A stretch of DNA of 64,000 bases from the NCBI GenBank assembly GCA_002269645.1, contig NIVC01000130.1, positions 62,001 through 126,000 of the forward strand, in the 5' to 3' direction. The notes beneath the pieces are model-generated. The model saw nothing but the letters and a program-made list of their open reading frames with translations, did no database searches and had not been told where the DNA came from. Of the stretch, positions 26,311 to 46,263 are shown piece after piece (the stretch's first letter is position 1; each line of letters begins with the position of its first letter). The position numbers and the translations under genes are program-made. Source of the DNA: Macrostomum lignano (lineage: Eukaryota).

Positions 26311-26898
26311 AGCCATAGACAATCATTACTGCACGCTTTTTTATTTACTGCAGAAAACAGGATATCTCTAGGCCATAGAAGTTTTCTATACATATAAAGA
26401 GGAGATCAATCCACGAACTAGAAGAAAGTGTTGCAAGTGTCGGCACCAGCTGACGACGTTCTGTACCTTCCCGAAATTTACGTTAGGAAACTGTTCGACT
26501 TTATGAAACGTAATCCATCTGTAAGGATTGACCTGATGACTGCGGATCCACCAGCCATCAATCGTTTGTTTCGGACTTTTTATGGTGCGTCTCGAAAGCC
26601 TGAAGGTAGTTTTTATGCGCCGGCGACGCTAATCTGCATCCGTGCGGCAATCTTCCGCTTCCTAATGCGGAACAGGCAACTATAAAACATCATCGAGGAC
26701 GATGCATTTATGCCGCTAACGCGACGCTGAAGGCAATGGCGCGTAATTCATTGTTTAGCAATTTGAAGATCATTATTCACATTTTTAATGCAGAACAATC
26801 CATTACTACAAACAATGCATTGTCTGTAGGATCGGCAAACAGAAAAACAATGCAAATAATCAGCGGTCGCAGCACGTGACAACGATTTGTCTATGGCT
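26311..26898 (+). mobile_element. Internally deleted Crypton-like element carrying a tyrosine-recombinase N-terminal fragment (~26430-26745)
   Basis: INRLFRTFYGASRKPEGSFYAPATLICIRAAIFRFL..NIIEDDAF resembles the remembered Crypton/ZMYM/KCTD1 motif (L..FY...RK.dG..Y...sL..iRa.i.R.L...nIi.D..F). Bounded by the 12-bp inverted repeat agccatagacaa/ttgtctatggct. Confidence 0.68.
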
Positions 26899-28149
26899 CG
26901 CGCCGGTATCCATTGCATCCGGTGGCCGAGTTAGGTTTAGTTTTGCCCATAGAGTGGGATTTAGTGCACGATTTTTGCATTGCTTGAAATACGATTGCAC
27001 CATAGACCAAGGTCATTTACAGCACGCTTGAGTGTTTTACAATGGTCATTATTTCAGCCGGACTGAAGGGAAATGAATGGTTGATTTGGCCATAGACTAT
27101 AAGAAAATGTATGGACTGGAACCAAGTGCGGTTTGAAATATCGAATTACTGCAGCCTTTTTTATGAAGGGACTTATCTTAAAATTAAATCACTTTAAAGC
27201 TCACTTTCGGGGAGGTTATTGACATAGATTTCATTTTGCGGGATTTAATCGCGATCACTTTCCCAGGCATATTGCAAGGATTATTGTATATGTATCTAAA
27301 TAAGCGAGCTTCTCTCTTCTCTTCCTTCGTGACTCGAGAAATTTCTTAATGAAATTTTGTCTATGGTAAGAATCTTCGGCTCTCGGGATTTAATCACATA
27401 CCGACCTCAAACCCATAGAATATCTTATACATATTACTATCTTATAATCTTGTATATATTATTATGTATAACATTGAAGTGTGTTTCAGCCATAGACAGA
27501 AGCTCGGAACCAATGAAACCCCAGATCTAGACTTGACTATGCAATAAATGTGTTATGAACAATCACGGGTATTTGTTAATCAAACAGACTTAGTCAATCA
27601 ATGGGTCTCTGGAAAACAATCTTAGAAACAAGAGACCGTTATTTTAAAAACTTTATTGCAGCAAAATCTTCCGACAAGAGGCGCAGACAGTAAATTTAGA
27701 TTATAAATAAATCCAAATCGCAAAAATGATCAATACTGACTGCTAGAAAATCAGGTTAATTATTAGAAATATTGCTTAAAAATATCCCATACCTCATACG
27801 TGTAAATATGTTCCGTGAAAATAAACTAAGGAACAGAAACGGTTGATTTTAAAAAGCGAAAACCCAATAAAACAAAATCAACCTGTATGACAGAAAGCAC
27901 TTTGAAAGAATGAATTACAGAAAATACAGAATCAGGTCAACTCTTTTTGAGCAAAATGAATTAATAAAATTTCTTGACACAACGTTAAAAAATTGTAACA
28001 CGATGTGTATATTATGAAGCAGAAATGTAGAAAAATCTTGCGAATGTACTTTTAATTGGCAGTAAGAGGGATAATAAAAACACACTAGTTCAATCAAAGG
28101 CTTTGTTAAGATGCAGATTTAGTTCATGTCAATACTATAAGATACAGAT

Positions 28150-28372
28150 TTAGTTCTAGTTTAGGTCATCAGATTTAGGTCAGTGCTCAAGTTTAGGCCA
28201 TTGTCATGTTTAGGTCAGTATTCAGTTTTAGGGATTGTCAGATTTAGGTCAGTATTCAAGTTTAGGGATTGTCAGATTTAGGTCAGTATTCAAGTTTAGG
28301 GATTGTCAGTCAGATTTAGGTCAGTATTCAAGTTTAGGGATTGTCAGATTTAGGTCAGTATCAGCGTTCAAG
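28150..28372. repeat. ~34-38-bp degenerate tandem repeat (gatttaggtcagtattcaagtttagggattgtca)
   Basis: About 5 copies just downstream of the NAGPA stop. Confidence 0.8.
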
Positions 28373-28452
28373 TTGAGGCCATTGCAGTGTCATAGGTCAT
28401 ATGCAGCAGGTCAAACTAAAATTCAAACTGAAGCCAGACCTGTCAGGCAGTG

Positions 28453-31400
28453 TCACAGTCCGCTCGTCAGCTCCTTGCCTGACCCATCCGAGTCGGAGCC
28501 ATCAGCGGCCACTAGCCTGCGCATCTCGTGCCGTTGAAGCCGCCATCGGCTTCTCAACCGACCGGCGCTCCTGCGCAAGCGACACAGCTTGGCAACCAGG
28601 CAGGCGTTGAGCAGGCAGCTGGCGGCCAGCACCGAGGGTAAGACGACCACCGCCCAGTTGATGGTCGACAGACGGCGTCTCACAATGAGCAGCAGATTGT
28701 AGGCTGGGGGGGGGGGAGTGAGGGAGAACTGCTCACTGCCAGCGCCTTCATATCCCTCATCTCAGCCATAGATAGCTAATCTCATTTCTCGAACCTTCTA
28801 ATCTTCTTAGAATCTTTAACTCTCACCCTTGAGAATCTCTAACTCCCACCCATGAGAATCTGCAATTCCCACCCTTGAGAACTTGAGAATCTGCAAATCC
28901 TACCCTTGAGAATCTGCAAATCCTACCCTTGAGAATCTGCAAATCCTACCCTTGAGAATCTGCAAATCCTACCCTTGAGAATCTGCAAATCCCACCCTTG
29001 AGAATCTGCAAATCCTACCCTTGAGAATCTGCAAATCCCACCCTTGAGAATCTGCAAATCCCACCCTTGAGAATCTGCAAATCCTACCCTTGAGAATCTG
29101 CAAATCCCACCCTTGAGAATCTGCAAATCCTACCCTTGAGAATCTGCAAATCCCACCCTTGAGAATCTGCAAATCCCACCCTTGAGAATCTGCAATTACC
29201 ACCCTTGAGAATCTGCAATTACCACCCTTGAGAATCTGCAAATCCCACCCTTGAGAATCTGCAAATCCCACTCTTGAGAATCTGCAATTATCACCCTTGA
29301 GAATCTGCAAATCCCACCCTTGAGAATCTGCAAATCCCACCCTTGAGAATCTGCAAATCCCACCCTTGAGAATCTGCAATTACCACCCTTGAGAATCTGC
29401 AATTACCACCCTTGAGAATCTGCAATTACCACCCTTGAGAATCTGCAATTACCACCCTTGAGAATCTGCAATTATCACCCTTGAGAATCTGCAAATCCCA
29501 CCCTTGAGAATCTGCAATTACCACCCTTGAGAATCTGCAATTATCACCCTTGAGAATCTGCAAATCCCACCCTTGAGAATCTGCAAATCCCACCCTTGAG
29601 AATCTGCAATTACCACCCTTGAGAATCTGCAATTATCACCCTTGAGAATCTGCAATTACCACCCTTGAGAATCTGCAATTACCACCCTTGAGAATCTGCA
29701 ATTACCACCCTTGAGAATCTGCAATTATCACCCTTGAGAATCTGCAAATCCCACCCTTGAGAATCTGCAAATCCCACCCTTGAGAATCTGCAAATCCCAC
29801 CCTTGAGAATCTGCAATTATCACCCTTGAGAATCTGCAATTATCACCCTTGAGAATCTGCAATTATCACCCTTGAGAATCTGCAATTATCACCCTTGAGA
29901 ATCTGCAATTATCACCCTTGAGAATCTCTAAATCCCACCCTTGAGAATCTCTAAATTCTACCCTTAAGAATCTCTAAATCCCACCCTTGAGAATCTCCAA
30001 ATCTCACCCGTAGAATCCCCATATCTCACCCCATAAAATCTCCATATCTCACCCCATAGAATCCCAATATCTCACCCCTTAGAATCTGCAAGTCTCACCC
30101 CTAGAATCCCCAAATCTCACCCCTAGAATCCCCATATCTCACCCCATAGAATCTCCACATCTCACCCCATAGAATCCCCAAATCTCACCCCTAGAATCCC
30201 CATATCTCACCCCATAGAATCCCCATATCTCACCCCATAGAATCCCCATATCTCACTCCTTAGAATCCCCATATCTCACTCCTTAGAATCTCCAAATCTA
30301 TCCCTAGAATCCCCAAATCTCACCCCATAGAATCCCCATATCTCACTCCTTAGAATCCCCATATCTCACTCCTTAGAATCTCCAAATCTATCCCTAGAAT
30401 CCCCAAATCTCACCCCTAGAATCCCCATATCTCACCCCTAGAATCCCCATATCTCACCCCATAGAATCTCCACATCTCACTCCTTAGAATCCCCATATCT
30501 CACTCCTTAGAATCCCCATATCTCACTCCTTAGAATCTCCAAATCTATCCCTAGAATCCCCAAATCTCACCCCTAGAATCCCCATATCTCACCTCATAGA
30601 ACTCCCAAATCTCACTTGATAGAGTCTACAAATCTCCCAAAAAACTGCCAATCTCATTGTCAGACAAACCTCCATTAGCGGTGAAGCCTTCGCCGCCGCC
30701 GCTGCCCAAGCAGGTGCCGTTGACGTGATGGCAGACTGCAGGCTCGCCGCCGTCTGGGCAGACGCAGACCCTGGCGCAGCCGGCCCCGTAGAAGCCGGGA
30801 GGGCAGCGGCTCTCGCACAGTCGGCCTCTGTAGCCGGGCGGGCAGTCGCAGTCACCGCTGACCGGGTGGCAGGACGGCTGGTAGCCCGGAGGGCTGTTCA
30901 AGCACCGGCACCTGGAGTGGCAGCCCCAACCGGTGTAACCGGGACGGCACCGGCATTCGCCTTGGAGGCATTGGCCGCCGATTGGGCTGCAGATTTCACC
31001 GTTGCAGATGCTGCCACGGCTGGCGTTGACGCACAGGATTGATGTGACCGGACGCTCGCAGGACCGGTGCGGGCTGTCCGCGGAGTCCGGGCTGGGAATT
31101 GGGGAGATTTTGGGATTCTTTGGTAGTGAGATTTGGAGATTCTAAGGGGTGAGATATGGGGATTCTATGGGGTGAGATATGGAGATTCTATGGGGTGAGA
31201 TATGGGGATTCTAGGGGTGAGATTTGGAGATTCTATGGGGTGAGATTTGCGGATTCTATGAGGTGAGATTTGGGGATTCTAGGGGTGAGATTTGGAGATT
31301 CTATGGGGTGAGATTTGCAGATTCTATGAGGTGAGATTTGGGGATTCCAGAGGTGAGATTTGGAGATTCTAGGGGTGAGATTAGGAGATTCTATGGGTTG

Positions 31401-33752
31401 AGATATGGGGATTCTATGGGGTGAGATATGGAGATTCTATGGGGTGAGATTTGCGGATTCTATGGGGTGAGATATGGGGATTCTATGGGGTGAGATATGG
31501 AGATTCTATGGGGTGAGATATGGGGATTCTATGGGGTGAGATATGGAGATTCTATGGGGTGAGATATGGGGATTCTAGGGGTGGGATTTGGGGATTCTAT
31601 GGGGTGAAATATGGGGATTCTAGGGGTGAGATTTGGAGATTCTATGGGGTGAGATATTGGGATTCTAGGGGTGAGATTTGGAGATACTAAGGGGTGAGAT
31701 TTAGGGATTCTAGGGGTGAGATTTGGCGATTCTAGGGGTGAGATATGGGAATTCTAGGGGTGAGATTAGGAGATTCTATGGGTTGAGATATGGGGATTCT
31801 ATGGGGTGAGATATGGAGATTCTATGGGGTGAGATTTGCGGATTCTATGGGGTGAGATATGGGGATTCTATGGGGTGAGATATGGAGATTCTATGGGGTG
31901 AGATATGGGGATTCTATGGGGTGAGATATGGAGATTCTATGGGGTGAGATATGGGGATTCTAGGGGTGAGATTTGGAGATACTAAGGGGTGAGATTTAGG
32001 GATTCTAGGGGTGAGATTTGGCGATTTAATAAGTGAGATTTTTTTTATTTTATGGGGTGAGATTTGGAGATTCTATGGGGTGATATTTGGAGATTCTATG
32101 GGGTGATATTTGGAGATTCTTAATTTCTTTGGAATGCTATTTGGACTTTCTGCTAGGATTTTACAATAGTTCAGTTCCCAAATTTGTTGCTAAAAATAGA
32201 TTAGGGAAGAGAGGCATAGGGCGCAACGCTTCAGCTAGTCTGCTGCTAGTGCAATAAAAATGTTGAAATGTTGTTGCAATCATTTTTAATGCCATCACAA
32301 ATTGCGACATTAATTTGCTAACCAATAAGTAGACAAGTGAGTAGCGCGAATGAATATTTTCAAAGAATTTTTTCTTGGCAGTTTAGTTACAAAATTTTTA
32401 TCATATTTAGAAGACATAAAAAACAATTATTCATCATTCACTCACCACCTGTCTGACGGACTGCCAACTACAGTGCCATTCACGACCAGGGTTGACGAGC
32501 CGCCGCCGTCCAGGTTGACGGCGTTGTACACGCCAAGGTCAATTAGCAGATCGGCCAAGTCGAACAGATTTATGCTGTTTGATGGGGCGAAAAGGAATTC
32601 GAGTCATGGAGGAGTTCGGGAAAAAAAACTGCGTGCAATTAAAGGGGCTCCCTTGTCGAATAATGAAGGGGAATGGTACGAAGGGAATTTCATTAGACAG
32701 TCGGAAAGGGAATTACAGTAGGGAATCGATAGGGAATGACAGTAGGGAATCGATGGTGAATTACAATACGGAATCGGTGGGGAATTACACTACAAAAAAT
32801 TGATGGGGAATTACAGTAGGGAACCGATGGGGAATTAGATTTAGGGAATCAGTAGGAAATAACAGTAGGTAATCGATGTTAAATCGATAGGGAATTACAG
32901 TAAGGAATCGATGGGAAATCGATAGGGAATTACAGTAGGTAATCGATGGAGAATTACAGGAGGGAATCATTAGGGAATTACAGTAGGGAATCGATAGGGA
33001 ATCAATAGAGAATTACAGTAGGTAATCGATAGGGAATCGATGGATAATTACAGTAGGGAATCAGTAGGGAATTACAGTAGGGAATCGATAGGGAATCAAT
33101 GGGGAATTACAGTAGGCAATCGATGGGAAATCGATGGGTAATTACAGTAGGGAATCGATGGAGAATTACAGTTGGGAATCGGTAGGGAATCTCAATAGGA
33201 AAATAATTTTTACAAGTCGTAAAGGCCTCATTAATATCAGTATTTGAACAAATACAAGCAAATTGATGATGATATGCTCTAGGTACTCTACTTATAAACT
33301 TTATAAGTAGCAACATTAGAAAATGGCTCTAATTTTGCTCTTTAAACAAAACAATTATCATGCTATGAAATTAAGTAATCATAATTGAATAAATAATTTC
33401 ACTTGCTCACCCGGAAACATCGGTTTTGCCAACAATTTTAATCAGAACGAGGTCGCCGTTACGCAATTGACCAACCGCGGAGCGAGCGGATACCACCGTG
33501 GCGAATCGTCTCAAACTGCCGGTTGTTTGAGTTTCAGAGCACTCGGCCTTGATGCTCTGCTCGACAAACTGGGTCATGGAATTGTGGTGGACGGTGGAGC
33601 TAAGCAGGGAATTTAATTGGGAATTTCTAGGTCCAGAATCGGGTGTACACAGTCACTCACGTTGCTGCCATTGCGCACAAGCCAAATAGCTCCACCCACT
33701 AGTTGATGATACATCCCAGACAATAGTTGATCCTCAGTGAGATAGCTGCAAT

Positions 33753-33826
<74 letters not shown>

Positions 33827-35689
33827 TAGAAAGATAAATGTTGATCTCATTTAAAAATCAACATACCCAAAGAACACCTCCTTCTGCGCTGTAATACCGA
33901 AATGAGCATTCTTTACACCGCCTGAGTCATGTAATCTTCGATCGTCACTAACCAGGTTGCCAAGGCAACGGGAAGTGGAAGGGTCGAATAGGCCGGCATT
34001 GAGGGCCACCGAGCAGCCGTGGCGAGCGGCCGTCTCGGACACCGTGGCCTGTGGGGGCGGTTTGGTGTGTGCTTTTACTGAGAGTTGCTCAGGCCTATAG
34101 GGGGTTGGGAGGCTGGCCCAGCAACTGACACTCAGGGAGGCTGGCCCAGCAACTGACACTCTGGGAGGCTGGCCCAGCAACTGACACTCTGGGAGGCTGG
34201 TGGCCCAGCAACTGACACTCTGGGAAGCTGGTGACTCAGCAACTGAGGATCTGGGAGGCTGACGACCCAGCAACTGACACTCTGGGAGGATGGCCCAGCA
34301 ACTGAGGATCTGGGAGGCTGGTGGCCCAGCAACTGAGGATCTGGGAGGCTGGCCCAGCAACTGGGGATCTGGGAGGCTGGCTAAGCAACTGAGGATCTGG
34401 GAGGCTGGTGGCCCAGCAACTGAGGATCTGGGAGGCTGGCCCAGCAACTGACACTCAGTGAGGCTGGCCCAGCAACTGAGGATAACTTAGCAACTGAGCT
34501 TTACTGATGCAGATGCAGCGGAGGCGCCGCAGACCCCATCAGGTGCAACCACTCGCAGTGCGGCCGCAGCCCCCGACCCTGACAGTGTGACTAAACTGCC
34601 GGTCCAGAAGCCGCGGCTGCTGGTCGAAGATGGCGGCGACATCAGAGAGTTCAATCGCACTCTGATGTCATTCGAGGTCAGGCCTGCTGCCGATGTAGGC
34701 GAAGACATCAACGAATGGCGCAGAGAGCCATGGACAAAATTTGGACAAGATGAGGCATCGCTGAGCTCAGATGGATGAGCTAGTGGAAGCAAGTTGTCGC
34801 TTCCAGGTTTCTCTGGTGGTCTGGCATTGGTGGTTTTTGATTGTTTGAATGTCATATTTTAATTCAAATTAGAATTTACTTTATCATATGCTTTTGTTTG
34901 CATGTATATACATGTATATAGTTTTTATAGTTCATTATTACTTTGCCAGTCAATATGATTATTAAGAAATTAAAAGTTTGACTAAAAGAAATTTACGAAG
35001 CAACCTAAATATTGAATTATCTAAACTTCAACTAAAATAAACTAATTTATTAACTACTTTGGCAAGCAGTAGTGCTACTAGGGAGGGGGTATGGGGTGGT
35101 CATCCCTTTAGGTGGTGACTTGAAAAGTAAATCAAAAGGGGGACCAAGCACAGTTTTGCCATAGTAAAAAACCACCCCTTCCATCTTTTTGGGTTTTTAC
35201 CATCTAGAATCTATCTCCTTCAACAAAATTTCTAGTTGTACTACTGATAATAAAATATTATGGTAAGACACAAAAACCTTTGCCTAAATTTAGCATTACT
35301 TAATTGTACTTCAGAGTGAACAGTGGGATCTGAATGCTGTTATCAGGACATTTCCTTATGTAAGGTTAATTTAACTCTATTTATTTAAGACCTTGCAAAA
35401 TATATCTGAATGTTTTGTGCTTATTAACTATGCTTATTGAACATGAGAGTATACTGATGAATACTATACATGTTTCTATCAAAAGTATATATGTATGCAC
35501 GTAGAATCATAAAACAAAACAACATGAAACTAATGTCAATGACAATGGTCATGAAACTTATCAACTTTGGAAGACAAACATCTGAAGTAAAAAAATAAAT
35601 ATTACATACCTGTCGACATTTATTTCAAACGTTTTAGAACTAAGGCCAGCTTGAAATACTGCGATGATGATAAGCGTAATTAATCGCAT
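28453..35689 (-). CDS. NAGPA: N-acetylglucosamine-1-phosphodiester alpha-N-acetylglucosaminidase (uncovering enzyme), 540 aa. Exons 35689-35610, 34820-34505, 34048-33867, 33745-33661, 33568-33411, 32574-32446, 31091-30670, 28703-28453
   Basis: Signal peptide MRLITLIIIAVFQAGLSS. Motifs NAGLF...CLGNLVSD, GYL..QLVGGAIWLVRNG, SARSAVG and AVNLDGGGSST. EGF-like repeats, then a TM helix (WAVVVLPSVLAASCLLNACLVA). All GT-AG phases are compatible (1623 nt). Confidence 0.92.
28800..30000. repeat. 23-bp minisatellite (ccttgagaatctgcaaatcccac)
   Basis: About 50 copies in the last NAGPA intron, grading into the next array. Confidence 0.95.
30000..30640 (+). repeat. ~22-23-bp satellite (cccatagaatccccatatctca)
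   Basis: Tandem variants. Reverse complement of the 31105-32125 array. Confidence 0.92.
31105..32125 (-). repeat. ~22-23-bp satellite (tgagatatggggattctatgggg on +)
   Basis: About 40 copies, inverted relative to 30000-30640. Confidence 0.92.
32690..33200. repeat. Degenerate composite repeat (gggaattacagta / gggaatcgata)
   Basis: Recurrent 11-13-bp subunits in a NAGPA intron. Confidence 0.85.
33753..33826. repeat. (GATA)n microsatellite
   Basis: About 18 perfect units in a short NAGPA intron. Confidence 0.97.
34105..34495 (-). repeat. 28-31-bp minisatellite, same family as 1-414
   Basis: ccagcaactgacactctgggaggctggc is the reverse complement of the unit at 1-414. Confidence 0.92.
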
Positions 35690-36235
35690 CTTTCGAAATG
35701 TCACTCAAGACATAGATAGCTTAATGATTTCAACATAAAAACGACAAGCACTGTAAACAAGTTCTGACAGCCTGTATAAGTATTTATAATTTTTTATGTA
35801 CCCAAATCTTCGTAGCCTTCATTTCCTAGTGTTCAGATAGTTCAAGGTCATGATGTGGGTGGTATACGTATACAATTTTAAAGTTTGTGCGCCTGCAGGG
35901 ACACTGGTGTGGCCCGGTGTATATTGATTTCGTATAAAACAAGCCAAGTTAAAACAGCGCGATTTTGTTGAAAACCTACGTTTATAACATTTTTAGTTTT
36001 TTTTCAAAATTAAAGACAAGAGAAGTATTTGAGAACTAGTTGCTTCTGTACCTTGAAACATTATTCTTAAAAGTTACGTGATAATTTCTGCTTAATCTGT
36101 ATGTTCTTTTTCGTATCTATTGTCGCATTTTCTTGACTTAAAAAATCGCATCATTTTTCATTTATGAACAGCAAACCTTGGTCGAACGGTATTAATAAAA
36201 AGTTTCTCTATTTGCTTTTTTCTCCGGCTACCTAT

Positions 36236-43506
<7,271 letters not shown>

Positions 43507-44130
43507 AACTCTATTTGAGTATTGAGTAGCAATTTGAGGTCTTATAGTCAAAACAGATCTTTTTAACTGTTTCTCAAGCAATGTTTTTTATTTCTTTTAA
43601 TTTACACGGTAGAGTAAATTATTCTGCACAGCTAAATTTGTTTTGCAGGCTTCAATAAACTGAATTTTTTAAAATAACTTCTTGCAGACATGCTTAAAGA
43701 GAGTTATTTCTGAAGATCAAGTCAAACTCCTAGGCTCTCATTCTAGGGACTATTTAATAGTCCTTGCCTCATTCATAGATTTGAGTCGAGTCGCAAGAGA
43801 ACCCTCCGGGCCAATTTTAGTCTCCCATTACCCGATGAAAACAGTACCTAGGCTAAGAAGCGTCCCAAAGTCACAGGTAACACAGGTAAGATAGTAAACA
43901 AGTGACTCTAGACGACTCTAAAATGAGATGTCACGGTACATGTCGCCAAAGGTCGCCAAACGCCAAAGTCGCCGAAAAATCAATTTGGTGCGTTTTATTG
44001 TCTGCTAAATCTATTTAGTCTACTCGAGTTAGTAGAAAGGTAAGCGATAGCACGACTCTTTTGGATGACTTCGATGCCCAGTTAGTCAGTGATTAAGCAA
44101 AGACTTAATCGAAAAATGAATATAATAATA

Positions 44131-44647
44131 ACGGGTGTCCCAAAAAAGGGCAACACTTTGTGCGCTCACTGTGAGTGAGCAGTTAGGCCCACAGCACAGC
44201 AATTCAACAGGTCCACAGTAAACATTTGTAAGTTTTTCCCACAAACATTTGGTTGCGAAAAATTGCTCCAGAGGCGAGTTATTGAGCACAGAAGTGTACG
44301 CTAGCTTCTCTGCTAAGCTTTGCCATACACAGCTGCCATAGACAATCTTAACGTTTAAGAAATTTAAGAAATTTTAACGTTAGATCAGTCTCAGAGTCTA
44401 TGCATGCTCTGTCATTTTTCTTACGCAAAAGATTGTCTATGGCCTCCGTCTATGGCAAAGCTTAGCAGAGAAGCTAGCGTACACTTCTGTGCTCAATAAC
44501 TCGCCTCTGGAGCAATTTTTCGCAACCAAATGTTAGTGGGAAAAACTTACAAATGTTTACTGTGGACCTGTTAAATTACTGTGCTATAGGCCTAACTGCT
44601 CACTCACAGTGAGCGCACAAAGTGCCACCCCTTTTTGGGACACCCGT
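44131..44647. mobile_element. Tc1/mariner-type MITE, ~195-bp TIRs, TA TSD
   Basis: ta|acgggtgtcccaaaaaaggg...ccctttttgggacacccgt|ta. Confidence 0.85.
44335..44443. mobile_element. 109-bp CCATAGAC mini-element at the centre of the Tc1-like MITE
   Basis: 15-bp IR gccatagacaatctt/aagattgtctatggc. The terminus matches the Crypton-like element at 26311. Confidence 0.7.
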
Positions 44648-44837
44648 TATATGCTTTTTATTCTCAAAGTATATTAGCAATTTTTATTATCACATACTAA
44701 AGCTTTACACTGTGAATATGTATCAATGACAAAGTGAACAATGCCAACAATTAAAACAAGACTGCAATGCCCCGAGAATGATTGCTGTATTATAATATTG
44801 TAGCCGAGGCTACTGACGGAAAATTTAAAAAAAAAAT

Positions 44838-45452
44838 AATGGTAAACCAGGAAAAATTAAATGGATTGCACATCAATGGATTGGACCAAGAGAAATTAGA
44901 TAAAAATATGTCAACCGAATGGCTAATAAGAAATTAAAGCTTATCATTTTCAAATGAAACTTTCATAGCTAATTATTTAAAAACAGAAGCAGCAGCTCAA
45001 CAACTCAAGCTAAAAAATAAAATATAAAACGAGGCAAACGATTCAAAAACCTCAATGTCAGAAATAAACTGTGTGTACAAACAAGCTATAAGACTAGGCA
45101 AAAAATTTACTGCTTTCTTTATATAAAGCGAAAACTTACTGGTGTGACAGAATGGCATGCGATTCTCTACCTACCCGCTTTTCAATGGCCATAAGACAAT
45201 TTGACAAAAAACCGAAAATGTAGAAACAATGATTTTGTGAATGCCATCGAAAATATTATTCATAGTATGATATAGCTTATAAACTATAATAGAAAAAATC
45301 TGATACAAAACATTAAAAGAATGTGTTTCAATGAATTGCGTTATAATCAATTTAGAATATTGTTTTTTTCCCCAAAAAACAAATAAAGGTGGTAGTTAAC
45401 CTGGATGCAGCTAGTCTACTTACATAAGTAAACGTTATCATGTTTAATTCGA
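44838..45452 (+). pseudogene. Decayed non-LTR retrotransposon C-terminal region (possibly R4/RLE type)
   Basis: EKLNGLHINGLDQEKLDKNMSTEWLIRN*SLSFSNETFIA resembles the remembered K.LHG.....D...S..WL...L...E.FI.A motif. Many stops. Confidence 0.45.
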
Positions 45453-46105
45453 AAGAACTGAAGATGATAGTCAGTCCTCTTCACCCGAAGGGGGGAAACT
45501 ATTGCTAGTCTAATATACTAAAATGGTATCATGACTGAAGATGATAGTCAGTCCTTTTCACCCGAAGGGGGGAAACTATTGCTAGTCTAATATACTAAAA
45601 TGGCATCATGACTGAAGATGATAGTCAGTCCTCTTCACCCGAAGGGGGGAAACTATTGCTAGTCTAATATACTAAAACGGCATCATGACTGAAGATGATA
45701 GTCAGTCCCCTTCACCCGAAGGGGGGAAACTATTGCTAGTCTAATATACTAAAATGGTATCATGACTGAAGATGATAGTCAGTCCTCTTCACCCGAAGGG
45801 GGGAAACTATTGCTAGTCTAATATACTAAAATGGCATCATGACTGAAGATGATAGTCAGTCCTCTTCACCCGAAGGGGGGAAACTATTGCTAGTCTAATA
45901 TACTAAAATGGCATCATGACTGAAGATGATAGTCAGTCCTCTTCACCCGAAGGGGGGAAACTATTGCTAGTCTAATATACTAAAATGGCATCATGACTGA
46001 AGATGATAGTCAGTCCTCTTCACCCGAAGTGGGGAAACTATTGCTAGTCTAATATACTAAAATGTCATCATGACCAAAGAGATGATGATGATGATGATGA
46101 TGTCT
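45453..46105 (+). repeat. 77-bp tandem repeat x8 followed by a (GAT)n tail
   Basis: catgactgaagatgatagtcagtcctcttcacccgaaggggggaaactattgctagtctaatatactaaaatggcat. (gat)7 at ~46081-46101. Confidence 0.95.
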
Positions 46106-46263
46106 TTCATGATGTCTTCACTCAAAGAGAGGGGGCACTGTAGCTAATCTAAATTACAAAAATAGTTAAGGTAACAATCTGTAACTTTCTGACACCTGCT
46201 ATACCATATTAAAATGATAAGAATAACCTGATTGTACATTCGTGGCCCACGGCCTTCCACCGT

